A stretch of 64,000 nucleotides of DNA from Pseudogymnoascus verrucosus (taxonomy: Eukaryota). The translations under genes and the position numbers were made by a program. The stretch lies in the NCBI GenBank assembly GCA_001662655.1, contig KV460243.1; one strand, given 5' to 3'. A model generated the notes under the pieces. The model saw only the letters and a program-made list of their open reading frames with translations. It was not told the origin of the DNA and did not search any database. Shown piece after piece: positions 38,668 through 48,662 of the stretch. The number at the start of each line of letters is the position of its first letter. The first letter of the stretch is position 1.

Positions 38668-38858
38668 GTTGTTAGCATCAGTAAGTTTTTTCGGTTGAAA
38701 TTCCAACTAATGAAATAGCTCCACCAGCATCCCGCTATATTCCCTATATATGGCTCGATCTCAAAATCAAACAAATCCTTTCAAGAAGAACCATCACGTC
38801 TACCTCAAGAATTACTTATAATTTGCCCTTCGAAGCATAAGTCTACATATAATTTGCT

Positions 38859-40444
38859 ATGAATTTCGGCGCAATCAACACCCCACCGAAATATGTCATC
38901 GCTTCGATCCTGGCCTCATTTGGGGCCATTGTTTTTGGGTACAATTAAATTCCTAGCTCATGATGCTTCTAGTGCTAATCTTAGATAGATATGACACTGG
39001 AATTATAGGTCCAGTGACAGTAATGACTCAGTTTGCAGACAGTTTTGGCGATTTCTCGGAGACTGCGCATGGTGCCATAGTTTCGGCAATTCTGATTCCC
39101 GCTGCCCTTACAGCCCTCTTTGGTGGTCATCTCGCTGATTCTTTGGGGCGCGTGAAGGCCATTGCGCTAGGAGCTGCAATATTTGGCGTCGGGGCAGCGC
39201 TTGAAGCTGGAGCTGCACACATTGCAATGTTCGTCGTTGGACGCGGCCTTGCTGGGGTGGGAGAAGGGTTTTTCTTGAGTACTATATCAGTGTAAGTTTA
39301 CCTAATATTCCCAGGACAGTGTCAGCTTTCTAACGTTACCAGCTATGTCACTGAAATCAGTCCTCCACGTATTCGTGGCCTCATAGGCGGTATTCCACAA
39401 TTTTTTATCTCCTTCGGCCTCTGCGCAGGCTACTTCGTGTGTTACGGCAGCGCCAACATCCTCTCATCCCTCTCTTGGCGCCTCCCTTTTGCCATCCAGT
39501 CTCTTGTCGCATTCATTTTCCTCGTCATCACATTCAGCCTTCCAGAATCTCCCCGCTGGCTCACGTCCATGGGTCGCAAGCAAGACGCAGCGGCGAACTG
39601 GGAGAAACTCGAGGTCTTGGCTGAAGATCGCGAGGCAATCGTTGAAGACACAGAGTTGACTCTCCATCACACAATCTCTCGCCCGGCCTCTGTCGTTGTC
39701 AAGAGCAAAATCAATACGCTCTTCGCTGTTTTTTCCCCAACGGCTTGGAGGCGCACAACACTTGGTATTTTCCTCAACGCCGCCCAGCAGCTGTCCGGCA
39801 TCGACGGCGTGCTCTACTACGCGCCTACCCTCTTTCTTAATGCAGGACTCTCATCGTCCAGCGCCTCCTTCCTAGCTTCTGGTGTCTCGGCACTTCTAAT
39901 TTTCGTTACCACCATTCCCGCTTTCCTGCTCGCAGATCACTGGAATCGCAGGACAAATATCTTAACTGGAGGTAGCATTCAAGCTATGTGTATGATTATC
40001 ATCGGTGCGCTCTATGCGTCTGGTCAAGTCTCACCCGGCAGCGCCGGTGCTTGGACCGTGATCGTGCTTATCTACGTCTTCACCATCGGTTTCTCCGGGA
40101 CCTGGGCAGTCGTCATTCGCGTCGTTACCTCGGAGGTTCAACCAGCAGCTACGAGAGCAGCTGCAACTAGCTTGGCTCAGGCAACAAATTGGTTTGTAAA
40201 TTTTATCGTTGCTCTTACCACCCCTTTATTCCTAGCTCGGAGTGCTGGTGGCGTATATTTTATGTTTGGGTTCAGTAGCGTCATTGCGGTCGTGGTTTGC
40301 ATGTTGTGGATGCCAGAGACAAGGGGTAGGAACCTTGAGGATATCGAGGGGAATTTTAATGGAAAGAAGAGGGGAACTGAGGGTCAGCTGCCTATAAATG
40401 AGAAAAGGCAAGGACGTGGTATGGGCGAGACAGTTGGTACCTAA
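38859..40444 (+). CDS. MFS sugar porter family transporter
   Basis: FG/YDTG, DSLGR, EISPPRIRG, PESPRWL, QQLSGID and PETRG motifs; two introns. Confidence 0.92.
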
Positions 40445-41197
40445 TTTTAGTAGTTCTTAAGGGGCCGACAGTTGGAGGACGAGTGATTATTCCATTAACG
40501 ATGCTACTTAGTACAGATAACTATATAATACATATGAAGACCATATTGCCAAGTTATCTGAACTGCTTTTCTGCTCAGGGATAAATCGACGATGAAAACT
40601 TACCCTTCAACTGATAATTTTGAGATCTGTCCAGAAACCGCTTCTGTCACACCAACTTATATACGATGATTATAATTACTTTTGAGTAGCATAGAAGTAA
40701 ATAAGTTGTAGTAATAATAACTATGTTTCATTGTGTGCTAGATAGTACTTCTAAAAGTTGCTTTTTACCTGTTAATTTACACGATTGAGCGTGGATATTA
40801 AGTACCCTGGAAATAAGTAACTTTACACGGAAACTACACTAAAAAGGGTTGGTGGCTTACGGGCCAGGTTGGTGGCTGAGCGGGAACACATATAGCGGGA
40901 AGCTTAAAATTAAACTTAACTTTAACACCTTCAGCTGGTACTAAGTATGTCTTGTTGAGCGCTTTCCAGACCCGCACTTGTTATTGCGAAAATAAAAATG
41001 CTATAACTTGCTCTCATTGTAGTATGACTGTATCATTGCATTATGACTTGTCAATACCAGACTAGTATCTGTAGAAAATCTAGCTAGCAAATACAACAGC
41101 TCATAATGTAACGATACATGATAACCACCCTATCATAAATCATGCCCATGAGTGAGCGATATTCTTAGCCCGTTACGCAGAGCTTATCCATCATTTC

Positions 41198-41380
41198 TTA
41201 GCAACTGTATACGCTGCACTGAGTTGCACTGCAACAGACTTTGCCTCCGTCGCTGCAAGCGGTGCACCAAGTCTGACGCGCATCGAGACCTGCAGGGGCT
41301 GCGTCGGTAGCTGGGCCTGGAGTTGGTGCGGCGAATGCAACGGCAACTAGGGCTGCGAGGACAAATGTTGTAAACTGCAT
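41198..41380 (-). CDS. Small secreted cysteine-rich prepropeptide (60 aa)
   Basis: Signal MQFTTFVLAALVAVAFA, pro-region ending LDAR, then mature QTWCTACSDGGKVCCSATQCSVYSC with 6 Cys. Candidate 5'-UTR intron 41406-41455 and TATAAAAG at about 41561-41568. Confidence 0.85.
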   Translation of the reverse strand: MQFTTFVLAALVAVAFAAPTPGPATDAAPAGLDARQTWCTACSDGGKVCCSATQCSVYSC

Positions 41381-42954
41381 ATTTGTGATGGAGAAGCGAC
41401 TCTTTCTAAACTTTGATAAGTATTAAGTAGAGATGCGTGTAAGTTTACAACTTACGGTGTTAGGTAAGGTGGTAGTTAATATGGTGTGTAAGGAATCTTT
41501 GTGTTTTTTGTTCGAGGTGTTGATCAATTGAGATATTGAAAAGTTAGAAAAATCGATGGCCTTTTATACCTCGATTCGCTCGTACTCCTCCGGAGTTAAG
41601 TAGAGAAAGTAAGCTTTACTTGTTGTCGCGGGGAAATGGAAAGGGACGTTATTCGTAGCCAGATGATCCGTCCTTCTCGACCAATACTTCTCCAGAATAT
41701 TACACTCGACTTGAATTTACCACAAATAATAATTGGATCCTGATTAAATCCTTCGAGTTTCCTTGCAAAGGAATGCGGGGTTACCTTTTAACCGGATCCT
41801 TCTCTCACTCGCTAACCTATAATGTAAAAGACAACCATGCTGTTGCTGCACTATAAATACTAAACTTACAACCTTCGTCGTACAATAGTCCGAACTTTGA
41901 TAACCGGTGTTACTATACGTATTGGCAGTTCCTACGATAAGCCCTCTTCTCTCTGTGGCTCCTCCTATGTAGCTGTAGCTCCTATCTTTTTACGTTTTGG
42001 GATGAGGTACAGCACCTTGGTGTAGGCGTAATCCATGAACATATCTATGGTACTCCAGATTCTAACAACATACAAAGACGCCCATTTGCCTCCTTCTCAG
42101 TAACCCACCGGAGGTTATGCAACCCCAGTAAGCCACATCTTCTGGTGCCTACCCCGCTCCATATCCATCCTAGTCTCCCCATAACTGTTCCGACACAACA
42201 CCTGCGTGATGGAGACAGGGGTTGGGGGGGTTCAAGAAGAGGTTAATGGGGGGAGAGGAGGGGGTGGCAGAGTTGTTACAACCATACTGTCGCAAAATGA
42301 GGGGTGACTCCATTGAACTTGATGTCGCCCTAATTGATGTCTTTCTCGTCTGCCATTCTCAACTTGGAGTCTCGGATTATTAGGAAGAAATGATGGTGTC
42401 TGAGATGCAATTTATATGAGAAGATACAGTAAATATTTGACATTGAGTTGATAGTTTTAGAGGATGATTATGAGAAAACTCCTGTTCTCCCTGTTGTTTT
42501 GTCTTTGCTTCAATCCCTCATCTGGCGGACTTGCCAAATCATGAAAGAACGATGCCAGCTGTCCCATCACCCACTATTGATAAGCAGGATAAAGAAGTGC
42601 GGACTGAGATGTAGCGAACACGTATAAGTGTCCAACCATACCACATGATAAAATGCTGGGTGTCAGTTCTTCGGAGCTTAGAGTATCTGTTTCTGAGGCT
42701 GGCTGACAGTGGGGCACTCAACCAAAACGCCAGAGGATTAGATAAGACCTAAATATAGACAAAAGACAGGGCGACCTGGAAGCTAGACAATTTATGGATT
42801 GAGGGACATGCAGTCGACGCCCCATTTTCGGTTTCGCGGGGTAATTCCAACGGAGTATACTAGACCAATGAGATCGCTCTCAATCTTATATTAACTTCAA
42901 GCTTGTACAGTTAATATCGAAGCTTAAAACTCAGCTGTTACGAAACTCAATAGT

Positions 42955-43470
42955 TTAATTGATCGCCTATTGCATCATTACATTGTGGCTCAAAGTCTAA
43001 CGGTAAATAAAACACAGGCATTGCTCCATAGTAAATCCACAGATTACCTACCTAGAGATTTTCTAACGACTCGAATTCAAAGCTTAGAGTATTTGCAAAG
43101 ACGCGTTTATTCTTGATCTGACCGAGATTTGTTACGAGGTATCGGCAGTCTGTAGAGAATTTTAGAGGGGAGGCAAGCTTGGAGGTCTTGATTTCCTGCC
43201 ATGTTCGGAACTTAAGATGACTACTGAAAGTGTTGCCCGGCAATCTTGAGGCTTTAAAGGATTCGGCAATGTCCCACAGCTTAATGGTCTCATCCCTAGA
43301 CCCTGAGACGATCTGCTTGCCGTCTGACAAGAAGGCTATAGCCTAGATCGAGTCTAAGTAGCTTCTAAGCGTGGCTCACGAGTCTTCCACTTGGGGGAGC
43401 TTTCCCAACCGCATGGAAAGCTTGTGATAACACGCCTATCTTTCCCACAGGCCATTGTTCTGGTAACAGC
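42955..43470 (-). pseudogene. Relic C-terminus of a NACHT-WD40 (HET-E/NWD-type) NLR
   Basis: LPQVEDS* junction, a mutated WD repeat TLRSYLDSI*AIAFLSDGKQIVSGSRDETIKLWD, then LKFSTDCRYLVTNLG and the typical tail WIYYG..VFYLPLDFEP. Several TAG/TGA stops. Confidence 0.8.
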
Positions 43471-43506
43471 TATTCGCCAACCGAAGATAAAACATGAATA
43501 AGATTA

Positions 43507-45275
43507 CTATTGCAAGATGTGATATCGAAAGCCAACCTTCGTGTACAATTCCATCGCCAAATCCAAACAGGGCTTCTCAATCCACATAAAATTTCGAAGC
43601 TGCTTCTCCATTTCGAGAAACGAGCGGATATCCAACGCCTCAAACAAGTCACACAGCAGCCCCAGAAGCCATGATTCCACCTCCGCAAACGCCGGGTCAC
43701 TCACGCCCGAGTTATCGATGGCGGATAGCTGGCTGAGTGCTTTCGGTATTTCGTACACCACATACGACATCATGAATGTCATCCAGAGCATGAAATCGGC
43801 GCCCCGCCGCCACATAGGATTAGACCGTGCTACCGACAGCGAATCCCTCAAACGCTCCAGCAGATACTTGCTTCCAAGTATGTCACTTCCCGACGGATGT
43901 AGCACTTTGGTCAGATAAACCATGAGCGCTAGAGCCAGGCATTCCTCGATCTGTGTGTAGCTCCGGCGCGCCGAAGGGCATCTATGGTCTGAGCTCAAGA
44001 TGAGTAAGCGGACATCCAGTTCTTTGTCGTTGATCCGTTTTATTAATTCGGTGGGGATACCTGCTCCCTTTGGGAAGTGATTGATGGTTTTGGTGAAGTA
44101 GCACATGTCGTTGAGGATGGCGCCTACGTAGAAGCTGAGCACGGACATTTCGAAATATGATAAGAAGCCTGGAGTAAGATGGTCAACGGCGGTCAGTCTT
44201 TGGCAGCTGCCTGTGTGCATAAAGTTTGGCATTGTGCCACTGTAAAAAGTTGAGGTTCGGTCATTCCTATCTGATGGCTTAGACTCGCCTTACAAGTTGT
44301 TAGAAGTATGCAACGAACCATAATACAAGTTGCTGGAGAAGGCCTTCCAGTCCAAGCGTTTCCACCCCACCTCTCATCTTCACCATGTCCCCGATTGCTT
44401 TCGTGTGGCTCTTCGCTCCATTTAAATTACCAGTGTGGAACTATATTCACATATGGTCAGGAAACCTATCCAAATATTGACACCCATAACTTACCTCATC
44501 GGATGCTAAAAACAGCACTTTCGCAACCGTTGCATCGGTAACACTATCGCCTTCGTCTTCAATTGCCTTCGCAACTGATCGAATGCAGGCGCCCTTATAT
44601 CTCAGCGCCTGGGACGCGTAGACGCCCTCGTGGGTCTGGTTTGCGAGACTGCGACATGCGGCGAGGAAGAGCCCGTTCATCATACCTGGGTCGGTGATGG
44701 TATATGAGACCCAATGGGAGTACATACGTCCAGTGTGTGTGTTGCTCCCCAGTGGCGAAAAGTGGGATGAGGGATTAGGAATAAGGAACTGGACATCTGA
44801 GTGACATTTCAGCTCGTGCACTGCAGACCAAAAATACTAAGACGGCGGTCGCCTCATTGATTTGACAGAAATAGGAGATCAATAAAAAAAAATGTGCCAG
44901 TTTGTGGGGACAATAGATATGAAATAAACCCTTACAGTGGTCGATTAAGGCATGCTCAAATGCCGTGCAATGAACGGCATAAGTCCTAAACGGGTCAATG
45001 CGTCCGCTGCCCAGCAAAGTAACCGGTCCCGGGGTTGACACTTCATCAACCTCTTCCTGTGAGGTTTTTGACTTCTGATACTCTACAATACGTGCCCGTC
45101 TGATCTTTGAGTGGGCTGCTCGAGCCGCATGTGCACGGATAAGCCTCTTGGTATCAGGTTTCCTGAGTGATTCCGGGCCTGCGCTGTTGACAAACTGCAA
45201 CTGTGTCTGCAATTCTTGTCGCATTGGCGATGTCACAGCTGTTGGAAGGTCAGCAGCCGACAAGCTCATGTTCAT
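43507..45275 (-). CDS. Fungal-specific TF-domain protein lacking a Zn cluster
   Basis: LQFVNS...IRAHAAR, LGSGRIDPF, DPGMMNGLFLAAC, YKGACI, DATVAKVLFLASDE and LWMTF motifs; multi-exon. Confidence 0.75.
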
Positions 45276-46182
45276 ATTTGCTCGCGTGTAGAACTCACTC
45301 TTACTTGTCATGCCAACTCCAGAAAAGCACGCCTTTGCAACTATAGGCGCGCTGTTCCTAGCCGATAACCGAAAAGGGTCGTTTGTCATTCTGTAAGTAA
45401 TGTAATATAGCGATGGGCATTTGTAAGGATGGGTTGATTATTGAAGACAGCACTGATATTAGAGATGGGGCTACAGCAGGATGGTATTAACATGATGATG
45501 GAAATGGGAATTTATCTCTTTCGGGTGTTGGAAATTAAAAATATATAACGGTTAAAGTACAGATCACCGAATAACTCTATCATGTGACGAAATGATCGAT
45601 CTACACGGAGTTGTTTTGGAGGGGTTTCGATGTTTCGTCGGCTTCTGGATAAAGTGAGTGTTTAGAACACGGTCAAGGGGATAAAGCGGGGAAGGAGGGA
45701 TGGCGGGCAGCATATTAAGTACTCTATGGAGCGCATTTACCCCGCAGCTACCTACAATAGTCCCTGATTACTAATAAAAATGTGCAGTACAGTTATACAA
45801 TACATACAGCATTGGGACTTGAGCTTGTATTAACATTGTGCGGAGCACGTTTGAGACGGTGAATTATCACCGTTGAGTAGGATTTAACTTCCATGCTGTA
45901 AAATACCAACAAATATACGCCACATAATGTTAACCGCTCCTTTAGATAGCGCCTTGAACAGTATCCCGACAATCGCGGCAATCTAAACTGCCCACCATCG
46001 TCCCTGGAGCAAGCTACGTCTCTGAACTCCGGTGGAGCGATTGTGTGCAACGCCACATGTACAGAAGATTGCTACGGGTCTGATATGGGGTGGCCAGAAT
46101 CTCCATTTTTGCAAGGGTGATGAGTATTCGTGTCACGCCTCGGATTAAAATGTTGATTTTGGTCCAGAGGCGGTCCAGAGAC

Positions 46183-46282
46183 GAGACAATGCTGTGCAAT
46201 CCAGAGCGGCTGATGTGTGAGACAAAGCTGTGCAGTCCAGAGGCAGTTGATGCGTGAGACAACACTGTGCAACTTCCCAGAG
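46183..46282. repeat. Three tandem 36-37 bp repeats
   Basis: GAGACAA..CTGTGCA.TCCAGAG units start at 46183, 46219 and 46256, in the divergent promoter. Confidence 0.8.
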
Positions 46283-46509
46283 CCATTGGTCAATAACGAC
46301 TTCTCTTCGCTTTTTGACCCGAATGTCGCAGTAGCAGCACCACTGATGTATATTAGCGGTTACTCCTTGCATTTGGTGGGTCTGGGTTGACTTACCTGCA
46401 CGATGAAAATATGCTCTGGGCTTACCCCCGCAAGGGGTATAAAAGATGGCCGCCATTTTTCATTGTCTCTGGGATCTAGTAATAAAAAATTGGGGTCATA
46501 TTTTGCCTC

Positions 46510-48001
46510 ATGATGAATTCTGAAAAGGAGACCGAGAGCGCACAGTCCTCGGCAGATATAGACACGCCTCCGAGCCCCATAGATATACGGCCCGATGGTG
46601 GTCTCGAAGCTTGGATGGTTGTAGCTGGTGCATGGGGCGCATGCTTCTGCAGTTGGGGGTGGATTAATAGTTGGTTTTTCTATTCCAGGCCAAAATCCGA
46701 GACTAATCATGAAAAAGGCGTGGGGGTCTTCCAAGAGTACTACGGAAAAAATATCCTCAAGGAGTACACACCTGGCACAGTATCCTGGATTTTATGTTTG
46801 GAAGCCTTCTTCCTATTGGCCCTAGTGAGTGATCGAATTGCCTTCATTGATAAAATAGGAGTTAATCATCAACTATCATGTAGGCACCAGTTATTGGGAA
46901 GCTGTTTGACAGATATGGGCCTCGTTGGTTGTTGCTAGTTGGTACTTTTCTACATGTATTTGGGTTGCTTATGGCATCCATATCAACAAAATACTACCAA
47001 CTATTGTTGTCCCAAGGAGTATGCAGTGCAATTGGGGCAAGCCTCGTTTTACTACCGTGTTAGATTCCGCTTCCGTCCCAAGCTATCAAATTTTACTGAC
47101 ATATAGTTCAGCGCTCAACTGCGTCGTAGGCTACTTTGACACGCGCCGCTCTACTGCCTTCGGAATCGTGGCCACCGGATCAAGTACAGGCGGGGTGGTT
47201 TTACCGATCATGGTAAGTCGGTTGATTGATAACATAGGCTTTCCATGGGCGATGCGAGCAACGGCACTACTTCTCCTGGTGGTGCTCACGATGACCAACT
47301 TGACGGTAAAATCAAGGATCCCTCTAAACCCGAGTCCATTTTCGGTCAAGGAGTACATTCTCCCCTTCAAAAGAACCGCCTTCTTGCTCACGTCTTTCGG
47401 TAATATTTTATTTGCGTTCGGATCGTTTGTTCCCATGACATACTTGGTTGTTCAGGCAGTTTCTATGGGGATGGATAGACGTCTTGCACAGTACTTAGTT
47501 GCAATTATCAATGGGTCTAGGTAAGTTACTTATCACTGAGCAAGAACCTACGTTTTAACTTACGACTGCAGTACGGCTGGCCGCCTCGGAGCCGGAGTTC
47601 TCGCTGACGTATACGGACCATTTAATGCATGGATTGCCGTCACGTACGCTGCCGGTATCTTGATTCTCTCACTTTGGATACCCACAACGAATGACGCATC
47701 CATCATTGCCTTTGCCTCCCTCTTCGGAATCTGCTTTGGAGCATACGTAGCCATCCAACCTGCGCTAGTAGCACAGATAACCCCCATCGCAGACATAGGC
47801 ATTTGCACCGGGCTATATTTTTCTCTCTCGGCCTTCTCACAACTAGTGAGTGGCCCGATTGCCGGACACACTCTCGAAACGTCAGGCGGCTCGTATCTTG
47901 AGATGAAGATTATGGCTGGCTTTCTTTGTCTGGCAGGTGCCACTTTTGTGCTCGGAGCTAAGCTTTATGCGACAGGCTACAAGCTGATGGCGAAGTTCTA
48001 G
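46510..48001 (+). CDS. MFS monocarboxylate-porter family (Mch5-like) transporter
   Basis: PDGGLEAWMVV, GVFQEYY, FDRYGP, GSSTGGVV, GFPWAMR and ADVYGPFN motifs; several introns. Confidence 0.9.
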
Positions 48002-48662
48002 CCCCCTCTTATTTGTATGACTCGGAGAAAAGGGGGATGAGGGGGAATTCACGTGCTCGAAGACGTTGGGCGGTCTACTTGAGCATTGTACAAATTGGAC
48101 GGGTCTAGAACAGATTTAAGGAGGTAGCACTTCCATTGCACGCAAATTTTCAGCTACCATCTCACGCGGGGTAGTCGGACAATATATGGTTGCACCCGTG
48201 GTTGGAATTGATCACGACATTCCGTATCCATTTGCGTCCATGACAGTGGGACAACAGGCAATATTCATATTTGGCTATACTATGCGGCAATTATGTGGAT
48301 GGAGATTCAGAGCCCATCATAGATTATACCAAGGGCTGCCGTTGAATGCGAGTACGGCCTGTAGTGTCACAGTGACGAATGTTGTACCACTTAGATATAT
48401 GCATGTGCATATAAATGAAGGACGAAGTTCACTTAATTTGTCGCGATGCAGGTTGTTTCTGAAGGCCAGTGTTGTCACATTCCAGAGTGCTTCACATGAG
48501 ATGCACTTATTGTGCTCCCCCGAGAATCCTCGCATTCCCATACATGCATGATCGACAGGGCCTCTCCCCAACTTCTGATCCCGAAAAAGGTTATTATATA
48601 ATTATTTATGCTTTATTAATATCCTCCTATGCAATATCGCTTTATATCAACCACGACTCCAC

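Noticed and set aside
42050..42356. Minus-strand fragment MADEKDIN*GDIKFNG with intron-like signals
   Set aside because: Early stop and no recognisable family; it may be a relic but cannot be supported.
28123..48001. Secondary-metabolite gene cluster (TFs, MFS transporters, SDRs)
   Set aside because: No PKS, NRPS, terpene synthase, DMATS or UstYa-type RiPP enzyme is present.
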